Positions 1 through 8,701 are shown, numbered from the stretch's first letter. The stretch is DNA of 32,000 nucleotides from Pseudoalteromonas tetraodonis (GCF_002310835.1 NZ_CP011041.1:3060001-3092000), one strand, 5' to 3'. The notes: a model not told the origin generated them from the letters alone. Translations and numbers: made by a program.

Positions 1-1449
1 AAACTCACCTTGCTCAATACTAAAGGTAAATGTAACTTCATCATTTAGCTTAAACGCCTCAATGGTTACATTTTTTGCTAACACAAAGTCCATAGTTGCA
101 GGTCCGCGCCCCCACTTTTCAATCGCCTCACGGCTAATATTCATAACCCGCGTGCTAGGGTCAATGCTGTTGATAACCCCATTCACAGTAGCCATGCTTG
201 GGTCACTATCACTCATTGCCATTGTGCTGTGCGAAGGGGCTTGCATACGCTTAAAGTCAGAGCTTTTACTCGACTCTGAATCAATTAAAAACTGTGCTGA
301 AGTAACCACTTCATCTTCAGCCATAACACCCGATAAAATCTCAGTATGAGTCGCATCGCTTCGCCCTAAGGTTACTTCAACCGATTTAAAACGCCCCTCA
401 CCAAGCGCAATTACAATGCGGTTTTGGCTACCAGTGCGAATAACCGCCTCTTTAGGCACAATTAACTGCTTTTCAGCTTTTTGGCTATGAATACTCACTT
501 GCGCAAACATATTTGGTTTTAACTGATGACCTTCGTTATTAAAGCGCAAACGCACTCGTAAAGTACGATTTTTAGCATCTAAAGTAGGGTAAATATAATC
601 CACTTGCCCTTGCCAACGTTGACCACTTAAATAATCGAGTGTCATGGTTACCGGTAAGCCAACACGGATCAGCTCAGCTTGGCGTTCAAATACCTCAGCC
701 TCAACCCACACTTCGTCAAGCTGAGCAATACTCATCATTGATGTATCTGGTTTAACGTAAAACCCTTCACGAATATTAAGCTCATCAACAACGCCACCTT
801 GGCGAGAATAAAAAGTAATATTTTGTAGCACTTGCTGACTTTTTTGTAAGCGTGAAATAAAACCCTCAGACACATTAAGCGATTTTAAACGTGCTTTAGC
901 CGCCCGAATTAACACCGGATTATTGCGCTTTAACGCTAAAACAAACTCTTCTTGGGCATTGACTAATTGCGGTGAATACAAGGTATAAAGTGGCTCATCT
1001 TGTTTAACCTGATCGCCTGCGGCCTTCACATATAATGTCTCTACCCAGCCCTCTACCCGCGGATGAATATGAATGAGCTGGTCTTGGTTATACTGTACAT
1101 AGCCTACCGTGTTGACTTCATTTTCCAGCGCTGCAAACTCCACCGGTGTCGTACGTACACCTAAGTTGTTGATCACGGTAGGTGAAATTTTAACACTGCC
1201 GGGGCCTTCATTGGCGCCACTGTCTGACTCTTCATAAACAGGCACTAAATCCATACCCATAGGTGATAAACCCGGTTCATCACGACGATAATTACTGTCC
1301 ATTGGTGCCACCCAATAAAGCGGCTCTTTTTTACTACTGGTTTTGTCATTGCTTGGCATAGTGTGCTCAGCTGGCAAGCTCAATAACACCCCGGCCGTCA
1401 GCGCTGCACTGCATATAGCCACCAATGACAATTTTAAATTAGTATTCAT
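1..1449 (-). CDS. cusB: RND heavy-metal (Cu/Ag) efflux periplasmic adaptor, CusB-like, with fused C-terminal CusF-like domain; 3' end runs off the window
   Basis: Absent from the ORF track because there is no stop in the window. My minus-strand translation from the ATG at 1449 stays open to base 1 (483 codons): MNTNLKLSLVAICSAALTAGV... It then reads YWVAPMDSNYRRDEPGLSPMGMDLVPVYEE, which parallels the E. coli CusB N-terminal segment YWYDPMYPNTRFDKPGKSPFMDMDLVPKY. Later it reads ...VVTSAQFLIDSESS, like the usual CusB C-terminal region. The start overlaps the stop of the upstream OMF gene by 11 nt. Confidence 0.85.
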   Translation of the reverse strand, partial: MNTNLKLSLVAICSAALTAGVLLSLPAEHTMPSNDKTSSKKEPLYWVAPMDSNYRRDEPGLSPMGMDLVPVYEESDSGANEGPGSVKISPTVINNLGVRTTPVEFAALENEVNTVGYVQYNQDQLIHIHPRVEGWVETLYVKAAGDQVKQDEPLYTLYSPQLVNAQEEFVLALKRNNPVLIRAAKARLKSLNVSEGFISRLQKSQQVLQNITFYSRQGGVVDELNIREGFYVKPDTSMMSIAQLDEVWVEAEVFERQAELIRVGLPVTMTLDYLSGQRWQGQVDYIYPTLDAKNRTLRVRLRFNNEGHQLKPNMFAQVSIHSQKAEKQLIVPKEAVIRTGSQNRIVIALGEGRFKSVEVTLGRSDATHTEILSGVMAEDEVVTSAQFLIDSESSKSSDFKRMQAPSHSTMAMSDSDPSMATVNGVINSIDPSTRVMNISREAIEKWGRGPATMDFVLAKNVTIEAFKLNDEVTFTFSIEQGEF

Positions 1450-2764
1450 AGGTTAGCTCCTGCTGTGATAAGTTTTTTAAGCTGGCGTCATCAGCACTGG
1501 CGTAATAATTTAACCGTGCAATAATAATTTTTTGATCAACATGAATATTAAGTGCGTCTATTTTGGCATTTAATTCGCTAATCCGCGCTTGCATCACATC
1601 CGAAAAATTACCATCATCGCGAGTATAAGCATTAAGGGTCGCTTGGGATTGCTCGGCCATTTGCGGCAATAATTTAGTTTTATAGAGCGCTGCTCGCTGA
1701 CTTAATCGTGTTAGTTGGCTGACTTCCTTAAAGTACATTCCTTGTAGCTTTTTAAGGGCAATTAATTTTTGTGTTTTTGCCTCTTCGCTATCAGCAATCG
1801 CGGCATTAACGAGTTGATCTTGGCGATTGTCGGTAAATAACGGTAAATCGATACTCACTCCCACAGAGAAAAGGTCTGCTCGCGAGCCCCCCATTGGCAT
1901 ATCATCACGATAACCATATCCCATATTCACACCAATTTGCGGTTTATAGCCTTGCTCAGCCACACTGATTTGAGTTTGCTTTGCCTCTATTGCATTATCA
2001 ATCGCCATAATAGCGGGGTGCTTTAATAGCAATGCCATCAATTGCTGAAACTCTAACTCCGTGTAGTTTTTTAACGCTGAAACCTGTGAAAAGCCCTCAC
2101 CAACAGGCTGGCTTAGCATGTCGATGGGCAACCATTGTGTTAACCGCTTTTTAGCACCTTGAAGCTGTTGATCAAGTTGCATTAGTTTATCTTCAAGGCG
2201 GGTTAGCTCTAATTGCGCACGAATAATATCTTGTTGGCGTGTTTTACCCACCGAGCTTACATAACTTGATTCGGTAATATCGATTAGCTGAGTAAACAAG
2301 GCTTTGTCCTGCTCAATAAGTGCAATAGTTCGCTGCGCTCTGAACGCATTGAGCCATGACTCGGTCACTGTGGTTTTTACCTGCGCGAGTCTATCTTTAC
2401 GAAGCCAAGGCTCTGCCGCAGCCGACTGAGACAGTGCTTTTTGCTGCAATGCTAAACTATCGCCTCGGCTTAACGATTGGCTAATTCCTACTTTAAATTG
2501 GGTCATATTTTCTTGATCAAAAGCAAAACCATTAGTGGGTAAGTTCATTAACCCTAGCGTGAGTACCGGATCAGGTAAGGTACCTGCGGCAATACTTTTT
2601 GCTTCAATTGATGCTTGTTTTTGTTTGCTGGCTTTAAGCCAAGGCTCATGGTTTAAGGCATAGTTAATTGCCTCATTTAAACTCAGTTCAGCACTGTGTA
2701 CAGAGACACTAATGCTCAATAAGCTGCTCACACAAACGGCTTTTAATACTGCGAAGTGATTCAT
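1439..2764 (-). CDS. cusC: TolC-family outer membrane factor of the Cu/Ag RND efflux system (CusC-like)
   Basis: ORF track 1439..2776 (445 aa). It has an N-terminal signal peptide (MNHFAVLKAVCVSSLLSISVSVHSA) and a long two-repeat helical/barrel composition typical of OMF proteins. I prefer the ATG at 2764 (GGAG 6 nt upstream) over the GTG at 2776. The gene overlaps the cusB-like start. There is no canonical lipobox, so it looks TolC-like rather than NodT lipoprotein type. Confidence 0.8.
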   Translation of the reverse strand: MNHFAVLKAVCVSSLLSISVSVHSAELSLNEAINYALNHEPWLKASKQKQASIEAKSIAAGTLPDPVLTLGLMNLPTNGFAFDQENMTQFKVGISQSLSRGDSLALQQKALSQSAAAEPWLRKDRLAQVKTTVTESWLNAFRAQRTIALIEQDKALFTQLIDITESSYVSSVGKTRQQDIIRAQLELTRLEDKLMQLDQQLQGAKKRLTQWLPIDMLSQPVGEGFSQVSALKNYTELEFQQLMALLLKHPAIMAIDNAIEAKQTQISVAEQGYKPQIGVNMGYGYRDDMPMGGSRADLFSVGVSIDLPLFTDNRQDQLVNAAIADSEEAKTQKLIALKKLQGMYFKEVSQLTRLSQRAALYKTKLLPQMAEQSQATLNAYTRDDGNFSDVMQARISELNAKIDALNIHVDQKIIIARLNYYASADDASLKNLSQQELTYEY

Positions 2765-2867
2765 CACTTGCTCCACTTAAATTTAAAAAATAAAAAACGA
2801 TTAAATTTTTAAGCAGATAGATGACAAAAAGCTAAATGGCTAGATTTTGAATACACCTATCCTGCGG

Positions 2868-3242
2868 TTATGCAGGCATAGGAGGACGATAAAGAGATCG
2901 TGCAAAATTAGGTTGGCGCTGCATGACAGCAAGGTGCACTTTTTCAGAGGGTAATTTGGAAGCTATAAATAGCGAGTTTACATGCAAGGCCGAATGCGAA
3001 TTACAAGCACTCATTGGGCAACTGCAATCTTGGGTTAACGTGCTTTGCTCACTACAGCAATCCATAGACATGGTTGTTGTATCAGCGTCGTCACTCATTG
3101 CCATTTCACTATGCTGCATCGATGCATGGGTTGCCATGTTCATATGCGGCACATCACATACCATAGATACAGACGCAACAGATTGACCCACAAAAGTGAG
3201 TAACAAAGTTAGCGTGAGTAAAATACAGTAAATACGTTGCAA
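2868..3242 (-). CDS. small secreted Met/His/Cys-rich putative metal-binding protein (CopL/DUF2946-like by composition and C-terminal RPP motif)
   Basis: ORF track 124 aa. It has a clear signal peptide, MQRIYCILLTLTLLLTFVGQSVA. The mature part is rich in M, H and C (VCDVPHMNMATHASMQHSEMAMS...MDCCSEQ...DCSCPMSAC) and ends ...SLYRPPMPA. The start is TTG at 3242, with an in-frame TAG just upstream and the first ATG only at codon 27. It lies 91 nt upstream of the OMF gene on the same strand. Confidence 0.6.
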   Translation of the reverse strand: MQRIYCILLTLTLLLTFVGQSVASVSMVCDVPHMNMATHASMQHSEMAMSDDADTTTMSMDCCSEQSTLTQDCSCPMSACNSHSALHVNSLFIASKLPSEKVHLAVMQRQPNFARSLYRPPMPA

Positions 3243-3305
3243 TGAAATAACCTAAAAGTAAATAGACGCTAAAAGTTTATGGTAACTGGCTTTAAAACTC
3301 AATCA

Positions 3306-3914
3306 TTAACTGGTTTTTACCATTGGCTTTATCAAGCTACTAGCCGCAATGGCGAACAGGCAATAGCCGGTAAAATACCAAAAACCAGTACCAAACTCAG
3401 CATGCATATTAAGTAAGTCTTCTGAGTTCGCGTTTGCATTACCAGCCATGTAAGCCACGATTAATGCAATAACAAACACATCCACCATACTCCATTTACT
3501 TAAGCCAATTATCACTTTACCAAGCTTGTACTTAAACGAAGTCTCCTTCAGTGCACAATAAAACAATTGAAGCAGCAGCTTAATTGTTGGGATCACTATT
3601 GAAAAAAACGCCACTAATATCGCCACTAAGTAGTTTTTGTTATCGGCCAGTTCGTTAACGGTGCCCCAAATACTACGCGTTTTTTGATAAGCGCTGATCT
3701 CGCCTTCAAGTTTGTCTAATCCCAACATACTCGAGATCATCATTAGCATATTACGGGTGTTTTGATTTCCTTCATCTGCCAGCATTTCAATACCGGCTTG
3801 AGCAAGTTTAGATTTATCAATTTTGCCTTCCATACTCAACACCGGCTGGGTCACCCCGGGGATCAATAAAGCTAAGGCAATTAAAATAGTCGTGATAGGT
3901 AAAAGTAAACGCAT
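3306..3914 (-). CDS. PqiA-family (paraquat-inducible protein A-like) integral membrane protein, single half-size domain
   Basis: ORF track 202 aa. It has an N-terminal TM helix, a roughly 70-aa loop, then multiple TM helices. The segment LSKWSMVDVFVIALIVAY resembles the conserved PqiA motif. Confidence 0.6.
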   Translation of the reverse strand: MRLLLPITTILIALALLIPGVTQPVLSMEGKIDKSKLAQAGIEMLADEGNQNTRNMLMMISSMLGLDKLEGEISAYQKTRSIWGTVNELADNKNYLVAILVAFFSIVIPTIKLLLQLFYCALKETSFKYKLGKVIIGLSKWSMVDVFVIALIVAYMAGNANANSEDLLNMHAEFGTGFWYFTGYCLFAIAASSLIKPMVKTS

Positions 3915-3967
3915 GGTGTAATACTAAGTAAAATCAATATGTGCCAATCATACCCAAACGTTTTGCG

Positions 3968-5242
3968 TTAGTCTTGTTCAATAATGGTGGCTAATAACTC
4001 ATCCGCATATTGGCGCGCATCTAACATGGCTGTATACACCAGCTCTATATCTGATGCAGGGCGAATAGTCTCTAGCAACTTTTTAGCCAATTGCCAGTTA
4101 TCTTCTTCTACTGCTTTTATTAAATGTAATGAGTTCCCCATCATGCCATCAAAACTTAAAAGTGCACCAGATAACTCAGCCCCTAAACTAAACTCTTTGG
4201 CAATAGCTTCCAGTTCCATATCTAAAATAGCATCAAGCACCGACATCAAGCCGACTAAATAGCCTTGCTCTGCAATAATCTTTCCGCCGGGCTCTAAAAT
4301 CAATTGCATAAACTGCGCTCTACATAAACCTAAACGAGTAAGTTCACTAGGTTTGTCTGAGCCAAGTTCGCTCAGCGCCAGTACTCGTACAAACTTTCTA
4401 ATAGAATCTTCCCCTAAATACACAACCGCTTGTGGAATTGACGTAATCACTAAATTTTTATTAGCAGAGCGAGCATTAACTAGTTTGAGAACACGTGCGG
4501 TTAAACCCACATCTTTAGAAATACGTTGATTAATTTCGTTAAAATCCAAGTCAGGACGAGATGTGCAGCGCAATAAATCAAAAACCGCCATTTTTAACGG
4601 CTCAACATTACCGTAACTGAGCATTTCTGGCCGTGCAAAAAAGAATCCTTGAAAGTAATCGCATCCAGCTTCTTTAAGCTGCCTAAATTCGTCATAGGTT
4701 TCAATTCGCTCTACCACTATTTTAACCTCAGGGTAATTGCGTTTGAGCTTTTTAAGTAGCATGGTGGTTTTTATTATAGGCTCTTCTACTTCAAGCTTTA
4801 TATAATCAACCAAACTGAGCAAAGGTTGCCATTTTTCATGCGCGTCATAATCATCTAACGCAAATACATACCCTGCTTTTTTTAGCTCAGTTACTCGTTG
4901 AGTAACAAGCTCGATATTTTCAGTACGCTCAACAATTTCAATTACAGTATTTTCAGGCTGCAATAATGTAGGTAAATCCTCTAAAAGTCCTTCACTAGAT
5001 AGGTTTATAAACACGGTCTGATTAAGCGCCAGCTTTTCCACCCCAACCAGCATTAACGCATTAAAAAAAAGTCGCCCAGTGGCCTGCCCGTCGGTTGTTC
5101 CCGCAGGAAAGGCATTATTAACTGAATCGCGATAAAGTAACTCAAAGGCAAAAATGCTTCTATCAGCATGAAAAATGGGTTGCCTAGCAATATATTGAGT
5201 GACCAAAATAGATGAATTTTTTACGTCTGGATTATTTGGCAT
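3968..5242 (-). CDS. EAL + HDOD domain signalling protein (COG3434/YuxH-type putative c-di-GMP phosphodiesterase or sensor)
   Basis: ORF track 424 aa. The N-terminal half carries EAL-domain signatures (ARQPIFHADRSIFAFELLYR, ...IEIVE..., DDYD, KLE, QGFFFARP). The C-terminal half is HDOD-like (RISKDVGLTARVLKLVNARS...). Confidence 0.8.
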   Translation of the reverse strand: MPNNPDVKNSSILVTQYIARQPIFHADRSIFAFELLYRDSVNNAFPAGTTDGQATGRLFFNALMLVGVEKLALNQTVFINLSSEGLLEDLPTLLQPENTVIEIVERTENIELVTQRVTELKKAGYVFALDDYDAHEKWQPLLSLVDYIKLEVEEPIIKTTMLLKKLKRNYPEVKIVVERIETYDEFRQLKEAGCDYFQGFFFARPEMLSYGNVEPLKMAVFDLLRCTSRPDLDFNEINQRISKDVGLTARVLKLVNARSANKNLVITSIPQAVVYLGEDSIRKFVRVLALSELGSDKPSELTRLGLCRAQFMQLILEPGGKIIAEQGYLVGLMSVLDAILDMELEAIAKEFSLGAELSGALLSFDGMMGNSLHLIKAVEEDNWQLAKKLLETIRPASDIELVYTAMLDARQYADELLATIIEQD

Positions 5243-5509
5243 TACCCTTCCTGTTTTGCAGTGATGTGAGCGTTATTTTTATTGTTACACCTAACCAGTA
5301 TAGTGAAACTTTAAAGACTTGCTGCAATTTTAATTCGAATAAAAAACAAGCGACTAAGCCTAAATTTATATTCTTAAAATAAAAACCTTTATTAACCTTA
5401 TTTTTTATAAGGTTTTGCTGCTATCAGCCGCTCTGAGCATACCCAAAGGTTATGGTTATAAGGTATAATGCTCTTATAAATTTTTTATAAACTCACAAGA
5501 GCCCCTAAT

Positions 5510-6076
5510 ATGAGCATTGAACAAGCCTTAATAGAGCGTAGCAACAACCAATGTGAACTCTGCGCAGCAACAGATAACTTAACTGTATACGAAGTACCTC
5601 CAGTTACCGAAGCTCATTCAGATAAATGCATTTACACCTGTCAAACATGTAAAGATCAAATTGAGGGCACCCGCGATTTAACTCCTACTCATTGGCATTG
5701 TTTAAATGACAGCATGTGGAGCCAAACACCGGCGGTACAAGTTGTTGCTTATCGCATGCTGACACGACTAGCAGCCGATAATGGCTGGGCACAAGACGCA
5801 CTTGATATGATTTACCTTGAAGAAGACACATTAACATGGGCTCAGCAAGCGCTTGCTGAAGATGATGATATTAAACACATTGATAGTAATGGCGTAGTGC
5901 TACAAGCTGGCGATACCGTCACCTTAATAAAAGACTTAGATGTGAAAGGTAGCAGCTTAACTGCAAAGCGCGGTACTGCTGTGCGCAATATTGGCTTAAC
6001 CAGCAACCCAGAACATATTGAAGGGCGTGTTGATGGACAACGTATTGTAATTTTAACTAAATACGTTAAAAAATAA
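5510..6076 (+). CDS. phnA: PhnA/YjdM-family zinc-ribbon protein (long 188-aa form)
   Basis: The N-terminal Cys pairs CELC...CQTC form a zinc ribbon. The C-terminal segment DSNGVVLQAGDTVTLIKDLDVKGSSLTAKRGTAVRNIGL...IEGRVDGQRIVILTKYVKK matches the YjdM/PhnA C-terminal domain pattern. A TATAAT lies about 40 nt upstream, at 5466..5471. Confidence 0.8.
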   Translation: MSIEQALIERSNNQCELCAATDNLTVYEVPPVTEAHSDKCIYTCQTCKDQIEGTRDLTPTHWHCLNDSMWSQTPAVQVVAYRMLTRLAADNGWAQDALDMIYLEEDTLTWAQQALAEDDDIKHIDSNGVVLQAGDTVTLIKDLDVKGSSLTAKRGTAVRNIGLTSNPEHIEGRVDGQRIVILTKYVKK

Positions 6077-6086
6077 GTAACGAATC

Positions 6087-6108
6087 AAGGCGCCTAGCGT
6101 CTTTTTTT
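6087..6108 (+). terminator. rho-independent terminator after phnA-like gene
   Basis: The stem AAGGCGC/GCGTCTT has 7 bp including one G-U pair, with loop CTAG. It is followed by T7 (6102..6108). Confidence 0.55.
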
Positions 6109-6211
6109 ATATCTCAACTTTCTGTATTGGCTGTATTTACAAGTTAAGCGATGATTAAGTAACTTAGCCGTATGCTACTGTTTATATCGGTAATTATATC
6201 TAGGAACTGTT

Positions 6212-7018
6212 ATGTTCTCACCAAAGCCAAACTCAATCTTAAAGTCGGTTGCAGGCCTATGTTTTTTAGCAAGTGGCACTCTTATGCTTAGCGCATGTAA
6301 CGATGACACCGCACAGCAAAATAGCGCTGTGAAACAAACAACAGCCTCTCTACCAGTACAAGTTAGCTACCTAGATCGCAGCCTATTAGCGCCTAATTCA
6401 CAGCTAACCGTTACCTTGGTTGATGTGTCAAAAATGGATGTAGCAGCAACCGTTATTTCTGAGCAGGTAATTGATTTAGTAGGCGCACCGCCGTATAAAG
6501 TAGAGCTTGAATACAACCTTGAAAAAATTGATCCAGCCCATCGCTACAGCGTGCGCGCAACCATTAATAATCAAGGAAACTTACTATACACCAGCACAAC
6601 AAGTAACTCGCCTTTTGCTAATACGGCCTCATCAGAGCCTTTAGAAATTATTGTTTCAAAAGTAGCGCCAAAGCCAGACGTTGACTTAGTAAATACCTAC
6701 TTCAAAGCCGTTTCAATCGACGGCAATCTCGTTGAAGTGAATACTAAAGAGCCATTTATTCAATTTAATAGTGACAACACTGTGCACGGTTTTTTAGGGT
6801 GCAATAACTTTAATGGCGGTTATGAAGTATCGAAGCAAATGGTTACTTTTACGCAGTTAGCAACCACGCAAAAAATGTGTCATGACAATATGGAACAAGA
6901 AAGCGCCATGGCGGGTGTGCTGCAAGCAGCAACGCAATGGCAAGTTAACGGTGAAAAATTAGTATTACAAAATGAGGCAGGCAAGCAACTTGCAACCTTT
7001 AACGCTGTTTACTTTTAA
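6212..7018 (+). CDS. lipoprotein with N-terminal YbaY-like domain and C-terminal META (HslJ-like) domain
   Basis: The lipobox is LMLSAC. The N-terminal half (VSYLDRSLLAPNSQLTVTLVDVSKMDVAATVISEQ...YSVRATI) resembles YbaY. The C-terminal half contains GCNNFNGGY, typical of META/HslJ domains. Confidence 0.7.
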   Translation: MFSPKPNSILKSVAGLCFLASGTLMLSACNDDTAQQNSAVKQTTASLPVQVSYLDRSLLAPNSQLTVTLVDVSKMDVAATVISEQVIDLVGAPPYKVELEYNLEKIDPAHRYSVRATINNQGNLLYTSTTSNSPFANTASSEPLEIIVSKVAPKPDVDLVNTYFKAVSIDGNLVEVNTKEPFIQFNSDNTVHGFLGCNNFNGGYEVSKQMVTFTQLATTQKMCHDNMEQESAMAGVLQAATQWQVNGEKLVLQNEAGKQLATFNAVYF

Positions 7019-7057
7019 TTAAGCGTAACAATACTCCGCATCTAAGCAGAACAGTAT

Positions 7058-7087
7058 AAAGCCCAGTTAAACTGGGCTTTTTTATTT
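7058..7087. terminator. bidirectional rho-independent terminator between the YbaY/META gene and rlmJ
   Basis: A perfect 10-bp stem, AAAGCCCAGT (7058..7067) / ACTGGGCTTT (7071..7080), has loop TAA. It is flanked by an A-run on one side and a T-run on the other. Confidence 0.85.
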
Positions 7088-7927
7088 TTATTCGGCAACT
7101 AACTGCTCGCTGCGATAAAAGCCACTTGGCTTACTCAACAAGCTTACTAGTTCAGGTAACACGTCATCCATAGTTTGTTTCAGCTTCCAGGGTGGATTTA
7201 TCACTATCATTCCAGAGGCGGTCATACCATGTACTTCTGTATCTGCTTCAGTACCTAATTCAAATAATTGAATATTTTTAATGCCCGCGTCAATTAAACC
7301 CTGCTCCATATTATCAATACGTTCTCTGTCCACAACCGGATACCAGATCATGTAAGTCCCTGTTGCAAAGCGTTGATGTGCTTTAACAATGGTTTGTACT
7401 ACCGTATTGTAATCGTCTTTTATTTCATAAGGTGGGTCTATTAACACACAGGCTCTACGCGAAGCTGGCGGTAACAAACCAATTAAGCCTGCAAACCCAT
7501 TTTCGCCGCGTACACGAATAGAACGCTTACCTTGCATGTTTTCTTCAAGTAAGACTAAATCTCGCGGATGCAGCTCAAAAAACCAGCCCTTATCTTGACG
7601 GCGTAAAAAGTGCTCGGCTATTTTTGGTGAGCCTGGGTAAAACGCCAACGATGCGCTCTCATTAAATGATTTTATTAGCTCAATGTAGTCATTTAAGGCA
7701 CTGTGTTGGCTAGTATGTTGCCACAGTTTTTCAATGCCATCTTGGTACTCTTGGGTTTTTTGCGCGTCAGGCGCAGCAAGCTCAAAAAAACCAGCCCCCG
7801 AATGCGTATCAATATAGTCAAGCGGCTTATCTTTAATTGTTTGATAACCCAGTACTTGCGCTAACACTAAATGTTTAAGTACATCGGCAGGGTTACCCGC
7901 ATGAAAGGAGTGTCTGTAACTAAGCAT
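7088..7927 (-). CDS. rlmJ: 23S rRNA (adenine2030-N6)-methyltransferase RlmJ
   Basis: ORF track 279 aa. The N-terminus MLSYRHSFHAGNPADVLKH and the DPPYE motif are characteristic of RlmJ (YhiR). Confidence 0.9.
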   Translation of the reverse strand: MLSYRHSFHAGNPADVLKHLVLAQVLGYQTIKDKPLDYIDTHSGAGFFELAAPDAQKTQEYQDGIEKLWQHTSQHSALNDYIELIKSFNESASLAFYPGSPKIAEHFLRRQDKGWFFELHPRDLVLLEENMQGKRSIRVRGENGFAGLIGLLPPASRRACVLIDPPYEIKDDYNTVVQTIVKAHQRFATGTYMIWYPVVDRERIDNMEQGLIDAGIKNIQLFELGTEADTEVHGMTASGMIVINPPWKLKQTMDDVLPELVSLLSKPSGFYRSEQLVAE

Positions 7928-8153
7928 TATTTATTTTCACCATACGCTATTTAATAAAATCAGTGAACCATAAGCACACTACTTTGACAATCGATACCAG
8001 CAAAAGCGGGGGTTTACGTGAACCGCTTCTGAATGAAAAAGCTAATAGCGTGAATTATCCCTTAACATAGAATAAAAATCACCTAAAACCAGCGTAAATG
8101 CTGGCAAATAAACACACTTTGCTTTACATTTGCATGACATTAATTACAGTTAT

Positions 8154-8396
8154 ATGAGCGCATTTATGAACAACAACACTCTTCAACAACTCGAACAACT
8201 GATCGACCAACTAATTACCCGTAATAATCAGTTACAAACTGATATTTCAGAGCTTAAAGAGCAAAACAGCAAGCTACTTGATGAAAATGAGTTATTGCAG
8301 TTAGAAGCCCTTGAAAATGAAGAAAAACAAAAAGATGCAAGTACCACCTTGTCATCATTGTTAGATAAATTACAAAGCGCGCAACAGGCAAGCTAA
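8154..8396 (+). CDS. small coiled-coil protein upstream of zapA (ZapB-like / TIGR02449-type)
   Basis: The product is a heptad-rich Q/E/L sequence (LQQLEQLIDQLITRNNQLQTDISELKEQNSKLLDENELLQLE). Its stop overlaps the zapA start (TAATG). The track start at 8130 is TTG; I prefer the ATG at 8154 (or 8166), so the start is uncertain. Confidence 0.6.
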   Translation: MSAFMNNNTLQQLEQLIDQLITRNNQLQTDISELKEQNSKLLDENELLQLEALENEEKQKDASTTLSSLLDKLQSAQQAS

Positions 8397-8701
8397 TGTC
8401 TGAGCTGCAAAACCAGCGAGTCACTGTTGAATTGCTTGGTAAAGAGCAGCAATTTGCTTGTCCTGCGGGGCAAGAAGAGGCACTAAAAGCGGCCGCCAAA
8501 AATCTGAATGATTTAGTTGAACAAATGAAACAACGTTCAACAGTCAGAAACGATCAAAAAGCATTACTTATGGCTGCCTTAAATTTAAGCCACGAATTGC
8601 TTGAAGCGAAAACTCAAAAATCAGTTGAGCTTGAATATCAAGATCAACTGATTGATAAATTGAGTCAGTACTTAAGCTCGAACTCTGAGCACACTAAATA
8701 A
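8396..8701 (+). CDS. zapA: cell division protein ZapA
   Basis: ORF track 101 aa. It reads VTVELLGKEQQFACPAGQEEALKAAAKNLNDLVEQMK...ALLMAALNLSHEL, the typical ZapA fold signature and size. It has the conserved position after a coiled-coil gene. Confidence 0.85.
   Translation: MSELQNQRVTVELLGKEQQFACPAGQEEALKAAAKNLNDLVEQMKQRSTVRNDQKALLMAALNLSHELLEAKTQKSVELEYQDQLIDKLSQYLSSNSEHTK

Noticed and set aside
62-349. 95-aa plus-strand ORF at the left edge
   Set aside because: It lies entirely antisense to the continuous CusB-like reading frame, which has strong family motifs. It has no start context or recognisable features, so it is a shadow ORF.
2923-3186. 87-aa plus-strand ORF antisense to the Met/His/Cys-rich gene
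   Set aside because: The minus-strand frame has a clean signal peptide and fits the operon. The plus-strand ORF has no signal features or RBS, so I treat it as a shadow ORF. The two cannot be fully separated without expression data.
3984-4262. 92-aa plus-strand ORF inside the EAL-HDOD gene, representative of many similar antisense ORFs in the track (8254..8499, 10742..10996, 11986..12192, 13110..13319, 14352..14627, 21483..21728, 22161..22358, 22601..22786, 23054..23242, 24961..25188, 25201..25539, 25641..25844, 26666..26935, 27995..28399, 29616..29954, 30297..30503, 31210..31485, 31655..31846)
   Set aside because: All are embedded antisense or out of frame within genes that have strong family signatures. 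Their Ser/Thr/Ala or Leu-rich low-complexity translations are typical of non-coding frames.
5393-5414. AT-only hairpin AACCTTAT-TTTT-ATAAGGTT in the divergent EAL-HDOD/phnA intergenic region
   Set aside because: The stem is almost pure A/T and sits in a promoter region where no transcript is expected to end. I cannot support either a terminator or an operator call.
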